The notes below the pieces were generated by a model. The model did no database searches. It was not told the DNA's origin and worked only from the letters and a program-made list of their open reading frames with translations. The translations under genes and the position numbers were made by a program. A DNA stretch of 63,569 nucleotides, the filler included, from Octopus bimaculoides (lineage: Eukaryota): assembly GCF_001194135.2 (NCBI RefSeq). It is 6 parts of 6 records of this genome, joined end to end, with 100 filler letters (N's around TTAATTAATTAA, not from the genome) between each part and the next. Parts side by side here need not be neighbours in the genome. Positions count along the whole stretch, not along the records: positions 21,222 to 31,410 come from NC_068987.1; positions 31,511 to 53,635 come from NC_068984.1; 4 more parts are not named here. One strand, 5' to 3'. This document shows, one piece after another, positions 28,010 to 39,547 of the stretch. Every line of letters starts with the position of its first letter. The first letter of the stretch is position 1.

Positions 28010-28395
28010 GAACATTACTGGAAAATACGAAAAGTAAAAGAAGCAGCACGTATGCTAGGACACATCAACTTCCTAAGCAGACTGAGTGCAGATATGAATA
28101 GCAAATGGGAACCGGTATTAATGAAGGATAGGAAAATATTAGATTTACAAGTTCTACAATTTACTCCATAATTGCCCATGGGCATATGACATAGTGGTTA
28201 AGAGCGCGGGCTTCTAATCCCAAGATTCAGTAGCCTGAATAATAATAATAACATCGAAAAATACCTTAGGAATGAGAACCCAGGTTCGAAATTTTCCCAA
28301 GACACATGATGAAGGCTGGAGGTTATATCAGCCAAAACGTTCTGTTAACAGTAAACAAGATGAGGACAAATATCTGTCCAATGTAAATAATGTAA
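28010..28395 (+). mobile_element. Short 5'-truncated copy of PLE family C (GIY-YIG tail, tRNA-like head, (AAT)n, hammerhead)
   Basis: Collinear nucleotide similarity to ~45815-46225 throughout, with the B box deleted. Confidence 0.85.
28301..28346 (+). ncRNA. Hammerhead ribozyme motif, degenerate copy (family C)
   Basis: gacac-ATGATGA-a-ggctg...cagcc-AAAA-cgtt: C3>A and G12>A, so probably inactive. Confidence 0.6.
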
Positions 28396-29727
28396 ATAAT
28401 TGAGTTGCAGTGTTTTCAAATTTCCAAATGTCTGGGCGCTATGAAACGTCATCGTTTATAAAGTTTGTCAATGTTTTATTTCTGTAAGTTGTGACAAAAG
28501 AAATTGTAGATAATAATTTCAAATTAGGTAGAGGCACAAAAGCGGAAATCAATTGATTCTAGTATATAGTACAAGATGGATTCTAAACTAGCAATTATAA
28601 ATGTAAAACATTTATTAGCCGGAATATTCCTATCCACTTATCAATGGCATATTTTACTACTGAGCGAAATTTACTAATTATATGCATTTCATCATAATAA
28701 TTATAGGTCTCTGGTAGGACGGACTGCAAGCATAATTGATAAATTACGAAAATGGTAGAATGCTTACAGTTACAAATGTAAGTATCAATCAATTTACATT
28801 TCATTCTCTCAATGCTACCCACTCTTAGGAATTTATTAAAGTTATCAAGACTAGAATTAAATTATATAAAATATAAGGGGAATTAAATGAAATCAAATTG
28901 AGCAGCTGTTGTTGTCAATGTGAAAGGCAATTGCCTAAGCTGAAGGACATGCAAAAATGTATATATACTTTTGAAGCCACAATAATTATTTCCTTTAGCA
29001 CATTTTTGAACCCACATGTTGCGTAGAATGACATGTTTCTTAATTTACTTTCGTTAGCTCACACCAGGCGTTATTTTAATACAATTTCATTTAAGTCAAA
29101 CTATAAGAAATGAATATACACCACAGGTAACGATATTTTACACAATACTTAAGAGGTAGGCAAAACGAAATAGCCACAGAAGGGAAAACAAAGCAACAGA
29201 TATTATGTTTCATCGTAGTCGCAGCTTAATAGCGTCGCGAACTCGCGTCACTTCGGAAACGAAATCGAAATCGATAAACTGAAGCATGCGTGAACTGTCT
29301 GGGATAATTTCATTTCGCCAAGCTCTGTATTATATTCTGTAAATTAACACTTTAAGCTGTTAAAGGATTTTTTTCTGGAAAAAAAAAATGTCAGCTACTA
29401 GCGTTTAAAAAACACATACGTTAAATATGCTGTATTAATAATATTTTTTTTATTATGAAGCTGCTTTTAATGTCTAATACGAGTTTATTGTGCTTATGCG
29501 ATACTGATATAAAGCAGAAGTTAGTTTATACTCTATCTGTAAATATCAGCTCATCCCATAAATAATGTCCGAAATATCATACATGTGATTTCTATCAAAT
29601 TTTACAGTATTCTAAAATGTCAAATGTTTGATATTTATAATATGCATTTGGAAACCTTTAACTTAATATAATTTCTTTTTACAGAATAATCTGATTGAAT
29701 TAGCTAGTAATATTAACCCCCTGAAAG

Positions 29728-30900
29728 ATGGACGTATCGAAGAAGCATTTAAGACATAATGCTTTATGAGTCCACAAACGGGAACGGGAGCAGTAGCAAA
29801 CCGAAATATCAATTCTGTTTATGTGGAAGAAACGAGTGCTTGAGTGAAAGCAGTTGCAGAAGATGGTTTGTAAAGTTGAAAAATAGTCATTTCACCCTAA
29901 AAGAGAGGTCACGAATGGGACGCCTTGTTGAAGTTGATGAGCTTCTTTTGTCAGAGTTTGAGAAGGATAACGCTGTGTCAGTTTGAAGAATTGGCAAGCG
30001 AGATCAATTCAAGCCATTTAACTGTTCATCGTCATCTTCAACAGCTTGGAAAGATGCCCAAACTCGGAAACTGCGTACCCCATGATTTGATAGATGCCAG
30101 CCAAAATTCATGAGGTCGATCGTGACTTCAAATTATGACAGTCGAAGAAGTGAACGGACTATAAAAGTTTTATTACGCACTTCCATATATTCTCACTCTC
30201 ATGAACGTACCTCACAGTTTTGGACAAATTAATGAATTAGTGACTTGATTAAAAATGGATTTTTTATGAAAGTGTTAAGCGATGCAGGCAATGTCTTAGT
30301 TGTGGAGGACAGGTTAAACCCTAACCCCAAAAGGACCTCCATGGAAAAAAGATTCTTCTTTCTGTTTGGTAAGATTACATTGGAGTCATCCACTTTGCGC
30401 TGCTATCAACTAATGCAACAGTTACTTCTCAGACCTATTGCTAACGTGTTTGAAGGCTGTTTTGAAGAAAAAAAGGGCCTGCTTTGGCTAATTGTAAGGG
30501 ACTGGTGTTTCATAAATATAAAGCAAGGCCCAACACTGAAATGATTACAAGAGAAAAAAAATCGAAAACGTTGACTGGAAAAATATTCCTCACTCGCCGT
30601 ATTCCCCGGACCTCTTACCTTCTGATGCCATTTGTTTATAAAATCATTTAGATGGTTTGCTACCCAAAAGCCCGAAAGAAGTCGAATCTCTCTTCATTCT
30701 CATCAAAACCAAAACAGGAAAGAAGTAAATTGACTTTACACTCGTTTCTGAAAAGAGTCAGTGTCCTTTATTCAACGTCTCATGCAATGTTACGCATTTC
30801 ATACAATATCATGTAATGCAAGCCATGGAATATATGGAAGTGTGTAATAAAACTTTTATGGTCCGTATAATTCTTCGACTGTCATAATTTGAAGTCACGA
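29728..30900 (+). mobile_element. Mariner transposase relic with internal inverted end sequence
   Basis: MDVSKKHLRHIMLYE..CRRWF..GR..TVHRHLQQLGKMPKLG.CVPHDL (HTH, WVPHEL-like); KWIFYE, DYIGVIHF, HSPYSPDLLPSD; 73-bp inverted repeats at 30120-30192 and 30828-30900. Confidence 0.85.
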
Positions 30901-32849
30901 NNNNNNNNNNATATATATATATATAAGGAATCGTGACAAAAACAAAAACACAAAATGAAGTTTAATCAACTCTCTCCTACGTATGATTCCTTTTTGTGGT
31001 TATTTACGTTCTCTGTCTACACCGGCTGAATGTTTCGAAATCATTTGATCGGTGTAACTTTATGCGGTAAAACATTCCCCTGATATAAACTGGTGTAGTT
31101 CGGCATTTAATTGCACCTGGAACATCTTTTGCAATGAACCACAATGGTGAAAAGTCCTTGGGGAACAAATTATATAATCTGCATCGGGCCTTTATCAACA
31201 GTCCTCCTACATTTGCTCTGTATATGACAACCAACAGAGTTCTGAGGGCATTAGTAAAGTCAACGTCATATTGGAAGCAGACTCCATGCTGATGCACTTC
31301 GTGGAATTCTAAGCACAGGAGTTGGATATTTAGCTGTACGCGCAAAATATATACATGTATATATATATACATATACATATACGTATAGACATATATACAC
31401 ACAGGCATTCNNNNNNNNNNNNNNNNNNNNNNNNNNNNNNNNNNNNNNNNNNNNTTAATTAATTAANNNNNNNNNNNNNNNNNNNNNNNNNNNNNNNNNN
31501 NNNNNNNNNNATATATATATGGTGTGCCATATATCGACAACAGGTGAACAAAAACATTTCTTTCCTACTTCATTCTTTTGCAGAACTTTTCATATTCTTC
31601 AAATTGCAGCCTAGTTTTCTGCCAAAGCATTTCCTCCCTAAAAAGATCACCATACAGTAAATGTTTCGGTATTCACTGAACATTCATTCGTATAAAGTTT
31701 TCTTGTCCAACATAAATGGTTTTTGAGTATCATTGTCTTGATACTCAAGACTTCGTTTCCCCTCAAATTATCCATGCCTGGAATTTAAAATGACTAGATG
31801 ACACTCAGAATATGTTTGAAACATCTAGGATGAAAGCCCTAAGTACCTTCATGTGTTGCTTGTAAACGACCTGTCTCTTTCTGAATAAAGAATGAAGTCA
31901 CTAGTCATGCAATACGGGCGAATTTTTTAACCGCATAAAGTCATATTGAGACTAGATTCCAGGCAAAAATTTTTCTGCAAGAGTTGCTTACTTTCTGAAT
32001 ATTTCAACATCCATGGATCAAAAATGGCTGAAAGCCCTACCAAAATAAACGAACTTCCCTACTACTTTCAGTGAAAAGTTTTAGTTAATAATCTGAGTAC
32101 ATGAGATAATTAAAGATTGGACCTTGGTTCAGTGCGTTCATAGAAATGAGAAAAATTTCACTACTGAGATAGTAGCATATTTATTAAAATAATTTGTGAA
32201 TTTGTTCCTGGGTAGTCATGCAGTCTAAACATTGAACGATTACCTATAAACTGACTGGGGATAGTGTAGAGATTGAAACCAAAGTATACGATACAAATCA
32301 TGTAGACAATATAAAATTGTCTGAAGGAAAATATATCCTAGATTTTATTATCAGAAGATACCGGTGTAAATGTGTCCTGTTAAAAAATTTATAAACCTGA
32401 TACAACATTCCTTAAAAATGAAAATGTCTTTGATTTACTTGTGGAAAGACATGTGAACCTAAACTAAATTATTCTTTTCGAGTTGGGCGTGAATGTTTAA
32501 TGTCCGGAAGAGAGTTCGAAAAAATGTTCTCAGGATTTGTATGAAAACCTGAACGAAGTTATTTGCATTTCCAGTATCAATAGCGTATTTGATACTTCAA
32601 TAATAAATTTATAACCGATTAGCAATTTGTGAGCACATTAAGAAACATGTGAGTTTAACATTATTTATTATTGAATCAATTTGTAAAATATTTCAATTAT
32701 GATAATGACATGGAAAAATCCACCCGTTTTTAAATAGTTTATCTTGGTGGGATGATTTGTTATTTCTAAATATAGAAGGAATGTAAATAATTTAGGTAAA
32801 TGATTTATTTCTTCTTTTATTCATGGAATTCATCACGTTTATTAAGGAT

Positions 32850-32857
32850 TATATAAA
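32850..32857 (+). promoter_or_regulatory. TATA box of the pacifastin-like gene
   Basis: TATATAAA followed ~28 nt later by an initiator-like TCA (32878-32880) and a short ATG-free leader to the start codon at 32946. Confidence 0.6.
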
Positions 32858-32945
32858 GAGTTCTTCTAAGACGTTTGTCAAACTTGACCTTGTTTCGGAA
32901 AACAACTGTCACCAATCTCCAAGAAGCTGAAGGAAACTAGCCATC

Positions 32946-33003
32946 ATGCTGTACCAACTGTTACTAGTAATAATAGCTATTTCATCTGTGAACAGCTACA
33001 ACT
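32946..33003 (+). CDS. Exon 1 (signal peptide) of a secreted pacifastin-like / truncated-VWC repeat protein
   Basis: gccatcATG context; reads MLYQLLLVIIAISSVNSYN plus one extra T (hydrophobic core, small residues before a likely cleavage site); followed directly by donor GTTAGT at 33004 (phase 1); TATA box ~95 nt upstream. Confidence 0.8.
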
Positions 33004-33153
33004 GTTAGTTAATTATGTTGCTCTACATTTTCACTTCTGGTACTTTCTATATAGTTACAGAGTTAAATTTAGCAGAGTGTTATTACAATTTACCATAAAT
33101 AATCAAGACATTATGTCTGTATGTGTATGTATGTGTGTGTGTCTTTGAGTGTG

Positions 33154-33195
<42 letters not shown>

Positions 33196-33295
33196 NNNNN
33201 NNNNNNNNNNNNNNNNNNNNNNNNNNNNNNNNNNNNNNNNNNNNNNNNNNNNNNNNNNNNNNNNNNNNNNNNNNNNNNNNNNNNNNNNNNNNNNN

Positions 33296-34264
33296 ATTTA
33301 CAATGGAAACACCTACCAAATAAGTGATACATTTAGAAAAGACTGCAATACATGCACATGCAAAGCCGATGGAAGTGTAGACTGCACGACAAATCCATGT
33401 ACCTGTACTTACAAAACCAGAGTTTATAATTTCGGAGCACAATTCAACGATGACTGCAATACTTGTAAATGTAAACATAACGGACAAGTTGAGTGCACAT
33501 ATAAAACGTGTCGATGTACACACAAAGGACAAACTTATAGAATTGGTCAGAAATTTTATGAAGATTGTAATCAATGCCAATGTTTATCAACTGGATATGT
33601 TCAATGTACAACCAAAGTTTGCAAATGTACTTACAACAACCAGATTTATAATGTAGGTCAAACATTTAGACAGNNNNNNNNNNAATGTACTTACAACAAC
33701 CAGATTTATAATGTAGGTCAAACATTTAGACAGGGTTGTAATAGATGTACGTGTGAAGTGAATGGTAGAGTAAGCTGTACCAATAGCCCTTGTAATTGTC
33801 TTTACAATGGAAACACCTACCGAATAGGTGATTCATTTAGAAAAGACTGTAATACGTGCACATGCAAAGCCGATGGTACCATTGGGTGCACAACAAGTCC
33901 ATGTAACTGCAATTACAACGGTAAGCATTACGACATCGGTTCTATATGGTATAATGATTGCAACAAATGTCAGTGCACTTCTGGAGGAAGAGTGGTTTGT
34001 GAACATAAACCATGCACGAAACCCTGTATACACAAAGGAAATACATATTCCGCTGGCCAAACATTTAAAGATGACTGCAACACCTGTACATGCGGACAGT
34101 TTGGTCGAGTATCCTGTACTAAAATGTACTGTCCCCCAACCACGTGCCAATATTACGGAAAAACTTACAAACAGGGACAAACATTTATGACTCAAGATAG
34201 ATGCAATGTTTGTCGATGTTCAAATGGAAATGTCAAGTGTACCAAATACGATTGTTATAAACAG
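33296..34264 (+). CDS. Main exon (5' end hidden in N gap 33196-33295): 8 tandem ~37-aa six-cysteine modules, pacifastin (I19)-like inhibitor / truncated VWC
   Basis: Stop-free frame with repeated C-x-Y-x-G-x2-Y-x2-G-x2-F-x2-D-C-N-x-C-x-C-x3-G-x-V-x-C-T-x3-C. The C-N-x-C-x-C-x2-3-G-x3-4-C-T-x3-C part is the pacifastin signature. Ends at strong donor CAG|GTGAGT (34264/34265, phase 0). Confidence 0.9.
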
Positions 34265-34908
34265 GTGAGTAAAGTTTTCTATTAGTTTTGATCTCCCTAA
34301 TATAACGTGTCTCATCATTATATAGTTAGTCATTGTAAACAGAGAAAACAACAAAGACTTGAATAATGTTTAGCATAAACATTGGAATGCTGTCGCTTTA
34401 CTACATTCTACTACATCGTACTACAAACAGAATTGTATCAGCGATTCGATTTCCATCTTTATTTGAAGTAGTTCAATTTCATTGATTCTACCATTATCTT
34501 GAAGAAATCTAATGTTCTCTTCATTGTAAACGTGAGATGTATATCTGCATATATTTGATTATCCATATGAAGACTATTAACTTTCAATGTCTAAATTAAC
34601 TTTATTGTTACTCTTGTGAAATCAATAGAGTAGCTTTCACATTTCAACATTGTAAGAACCGTTGCGATACAGAATTGTAAATTTTACTATATATCATCTC
34701 ACGTCTCAGAATCTAGTTCGTGAGTGAAGCTTTTCTGCGTCTGGTGAAATATTCATACTTTGTTGTAAAAGAATGTGATATATACATCTAATCTAATATG
34801 CACATTTTGAAATATAAATCCAACTTGATACTTAGACTATGTTATTGTTTTAAATTTGTATGTGAATGTAATAAATATATTGATTTCTTGTAATTTTATT
34901 CTTTTCAG

Positions 34909-34923
34909 AGGGGACGTTACTGA
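34909..34923 (+). CDS. Probable terminal coding exon (RGRY-stop) of the pacifastin-like gene
   Basis: Pyrimidine-rich acceptor ttttattcttttcAG ending at 34908; phase-0 reading AGG GGA CGT TAC TGA; AATAAA 66 nt after the stop. An alternative AG at 34910 would give GTLLMKNS-stop. Confidence 0.6.
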   Translation, partial: RGRY

Positions 34924-34988
34924 TGAAGAACAGTTAATTTATTTTGATATTTTTAAGAATTGTAAATATTACAAACATAACGTTTTTA

Positions 34989-34994
34989 AATAAA
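34989..34994 (+). terminator. Polyadenylation signal of the pacifastin-like gene
   Basis: AATAAA downstream of the predicted stop, followed by a U/GU-rich element (ctttttgtttgattt, ~35011-35025). Confidence 0.55.
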
Positions 34995-36931
34995 ATATAT
35001 ATCTGCCGCACCTTTTTGTTTGATTTATAATTGTAAAATTCGTCAAAACCATTTTAGATAATCAAGTTATCTATCTGAATATCTGTTATAAAAAGCATTT
35101 CAGTACTTCAATACTTGAATGATTTGTGGTAAAATACTTCGTTTTATTGATCCAGAAATGACAAATAAGAAAGTTTATCAAATTATTTCAGAATTGTCAA
35201 AAGAATTATATTTTCTATAGTTACAAAAATTCAAGTCATGTGCTAGCGAATAAGAGATGACACTCATATCTGAGGGTTGTCATATCTCATCATGGAATGT
35301 ATCTTACACTCGATCACAGTTGATATTTATGCCTGTTAAGCTTCTACATGTGTTTCGGGAGACTGCACTGCACAAAGCTGCTTATAGGTATATCAGTATG
35401 CAGAAGCATATTCTGATATAATGTATTGTGTTTAGTTAAACCATCTCTGGACTGGAAAACATTTCCACATCTTATTGCATCTTATTTGTTGATGACTGAT
35501 GAACTCAGCTTTGGAAAGTCACATATGGTCACAAATAATATTTGTTGGGGCAAGACATGAGGCTAGTGACTCCCGAGGGAAGCAGTTTCTTTCTGAAGTC
35601 GTTTGATATTTCATTGTCTAAGAATCAAGAAAAGCTGAGTATTCTACCCAACGAAGCAAACTCGTCTACTGTTTTCAGATTTGTTACTTCAACTTATGTT
35701 TCCTTGGGTAGTTTGGAATATAACAAGTATCTTGCTCAGTCTAATGCCGAATATATATACGTTACAAGAAGCAAAAAATAATTCACGAATATTTGCACAT
35801 CGTTAAAAGAATGTGCAATCGATTTGCAATCACATGTAAGGGTGAAATTTTGAAGAAAAGATTGAAAGTCTTCTGTATTGTCAGGAAAACGTCTCCAACT
35901 GGAACGATGTCTAAATGATCAGAGATTTACATATACTTCAGAAGAGCATACTGCGGCAAAATGATGATCGGGAGCATCAGTTAATTTGAAGAAAATGACG
36001 GCGCATGGCCGCTACTTTTGTTAACATTTTCTAGGGGAATTGATCCAGCTACGCCCTCATTAACATTAATCCATGATCTGATTCAATCGTGAAAATTTTT
36101 GATTGTTAATTCAAAGTGATATGGATATCGGTAAGAAAGCTGTCGCGTCTTGTAGTACCAGATTAGAAGCTTGGTGCAGAGGGTTGCTGGATACCCGGAG
36201 TCTCAAAAAGAATACACATCAAAATTTGTTATGAACTCAGTGTGAGAAGAACAGAAATCAAACAATAACACAAGAGAATTTCTAGATTGATATCCTGTAT
36301 ATTATAAGACTTCAAAGAGTGAGATGTTCCATAGCTTTAAAGCATATTCCTTGCAGAAGGTTAATCTGATATAAAACCCTGTTTTTAAGAAATGAACTTA
36401 ACCAGTTTCGGAAAATTCAGCGCCAGATAAAGGTTATAAAATTCCTACATTAATGAGCCGCTGATCTGTTGAGACCAAATAACTTCTTCTGACTTCCCTG
36501 TGGATTATGCCAATATGAGAGAGTTCAAAAGACGTTGCGCAAACCTTATTCGGCATACACACAAACGCACGCACACACACATACACACACATACACACAC
36601 ACACGCCTGCACACAGACACACGCTTGGACACAGACACACGCCTGCACACAGACACAAATACACAAACACCCAAAAACACACGCATACACACAAATACAC
36701 TCACACACACAAAGGCACATACCCACACCCACGCGCACATGATCCCACACATACATACACACACGTGCATACACATATTTGACAAGCTTCTTTCAGTTTC
36801 CGTCTATCAAATCCACTTACAAGGTTCAATCACAAAAGCACCCATGCAGTGGGGCTTAGCCCAGAACCACGTTGTTCGTATGCAAACTTCTTGTCAAAAA
36901 GACATACCGCACCACTCTCTTTCTCTTACTA

Positions 36932-36964
<33 letters not shown>

Positions 36965-37676
36965 ATTTATCTATCTGTCTGTCCTTCTGTCTGTCTATAT
37001 ATATATATATACGTGTGTGTGTGTGTGAGTGAATGTGTATGTATGTGTGTGTGTGAATCTGTGTGTGTGTGTGTATGTGTGTGTGTGTGTGTGTGTTTAT
37101 ATATTTATATATAGAGTCAACAGACGCGATCCAGTGATTCTCATTACAAAAAACACTTTGTCGCGCTCAAATGATTTCAGCTTACACCCGGAAACCTTTA
37201 CCGAGAATGAAGTCCGCAAGGTAAAGAATGGTTAAAAGAGGAATCCAGGTGAACAGATATGTTGACAATTGACGCAAATAAGCAAATAAACTGCTTGGAT
37301 TTGATATACGAAATATATAGACATGTAAACAGAGAGAAAGCAAGGACTGAAAATTTTCAGACGATGAATGTTCAAATATAAATGTATGGATATTTATAAA
37401 TTAAGTGACGATGTATATTCAAGTATAAATGTATGGATATTTAACAGTCGATGAATATTCAAGTATAAATATATAGATATTAACAGACGACGATTATTCC
37501 AAGCACAAATATATACATGTTTATACATTAACAAAGCAAATTTACGTAGAACAATTCTACCTTGATATTTCCTAGCATCATGGTGTGAAATGTCAGATTT
37601 TTATCTCTCTACCTTGAAGATCCAAGTCAGACCTATCCAATATTTATTTGTTTCCATTACTGGTTTATATTCTTAT

Positions 37677-37890
37677 TTCTTTACTGCCCACAGAGGGGAC
37701 AAACAAAGACAGGCAAACGGATGAGGTCGATTATATCTACCCCAGTGCGTAACTGGTACTGAATTTATCGACCCCGAAAGGATGAAAGGCAAAGTCGACC
37801 TCGGCGGAATTTGAACTCAAAACGTAGCGGCAGACGAAATACCGCTAAGTATTTCGCCCGGCGTGCTAACGGTTCTGCCAGCTCGCCGCC
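37677..37890 (-). mobile_element. tRNA-derived SINE family B, young full-length copy with 12-bp TSD
   Basis: Head ggcggcgagctggcagaaccgttagc..gagttcaaattccgcc; flanked by direct repeats TTATATTCTTAT at 37665-37676 and 37891-37902. Other copies at ~1670-1790(+), 2084-2226(+), 8410-8600(-), 58605-58715(-), 58726-58905(-). Confidence 0.9.
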
Positions 37891-37904
37891 TTATATTCTT
37901 ATAT

Positions 37905-38250
37905 TCAGCCAACATTATGAAATAGTCCTGTTTCGCATCTCTCTCCCTCCAAGTTAAATCTCTATCAAAAGTTTTCTTTAAAATCCTAAAATCTAACTTC
38001 CTACCAAACCTTAAATATTACCTTAACTTCAATAAAGCATCTATTAAAATCTCGTATTCGACCACGCCTAATTTAGGATCCATAATTGTCTTCTCTAACA
38101 AACGCAAACTACAACGCCATTACGGCCTGCATATTGTCATGAATTACATTTACCAATAATATAACGAATCTCCAGAAACAGCTGCTGGACTGATAGTACC
38201 TCACTCTCTCCCCTTTAATTTTCTCTGTCGCCTGTACTCTGTGTAAGTTA
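37905..38250 (+). mobile_element. Penelope-like element C-terminal fragment
   Basis: SLQVKSLSKVFFKILKSNFLPNLKYYLNFNKASIKISYSTTPNLGSII matches the PLE motif F.K..IKISYS.TPN. Confidence 0.6.
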
Positions 38251-38423
38251 GGACCATTGATATAAATATCAATACATTATAATGAAATACTCATCGTCTG
38301 AAAGTCTTCACTCTTTGCTTTCTCTCTGTTTACCTGTATACATATATACATATTTTGTATTTCATACCGAAGTTGTTATATCTAATACATTTAATTTGTT
38401 TATCCACAAGATTGTATTATATA

Positions 38424-38504
<81 letters not shown>

Positions 38505-39201
38505 ATATATATACATATACATACATACATACATACATGCATACATGCATACATACATACATACATACATACATACATACATACATACATACATGCATAC
38601 ATACATACATTATATATGTATCTATGTACCTATCCGGTTGGAGGGATGAATGATTTTTCGAAGCTTTTATCTTGTTCCAACATCAAATAACGAGAAGAGA
38701 AGCAACTTCGATTTAACAAAGAAGTAACTCCGAACTAAGAGATTAGGTTTCTGTCACAGGAAACCAACTAAAATATTGTGAATCATGACGCTTTTCGGCA
38801 GCCCAGCTGAGATAAAATGTGGATTAGAAGCACCAAGCAGTGACTGAGAATATATAATACTTACTAGTTCAAATGAGATATGCCTGAGAGATATTTAAAT
38901 GCGTAAGTGTAATCCTCGTTGTTGAGAAAATAGTTAGCACCATTTCGATTAATCTTTTTAGAGTTCCTCTCTTTGCGATATTCGATGCTGAGGAGACAAG
39001 TTACTTCGAAATGCATGTATACATAAACCTAGAAGAGCTTTCGAACTCATACTGGTATTTTCACACCTCTTAGTCTACATCGAGAATATTTGTTTATGGA
39101 GAAACTGCGGCAGATAACTTTGTTCGGGTTTCAATATCTCTCAAAATATTTGGTCTGAAAACAAGTTTATACATACATACATATATGCATGCATGCATAC
39201 A

Positions 39202-39235
<34 letters not shown>

Positions 39236-39547
39236 CATACATNNNNNNNNNNAGAAGACATACATATATCAATATAATAGAGTATAAAAATTTATACACG
39301 GAGAGAATACCACCATGTGGACTTCTTACATGCTGAAAAGGGCAGTCAAAACCGAAACCACGAAAAGAAAGATACTTATTTAAGGCACGTTGCTTGTAAG
39401 CGAGCAGGATATCTAAATGAATAAAAATCTCAGTTACCCCTATACCTATGTGTTTCTCAATTAATGATCAAACAAATCAATTAATTAATCAATCAATTCA
39501 TCAATTAACCATCCGTGGTTCATCAGTAGAGTCGCTGGAAAATATAT

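Noticed and set aside
31004-31408. 134-aa minus-strand ORF between two gaps
   Set aside because: The start lies in a microsatellite, I recognise no motif in any frame, and it sits on a short contig next to a synthetic linker; it cannot be supported without a search.
33055-33100. Small exon ..AECYYNLP resembling a module start between exon 1 and the gap
   Set aside because: Every available AG acceptor gives a stop in the phase-1 frame (TAG at the junction or TAA at 33096-33098), and there is no donor before the stop.
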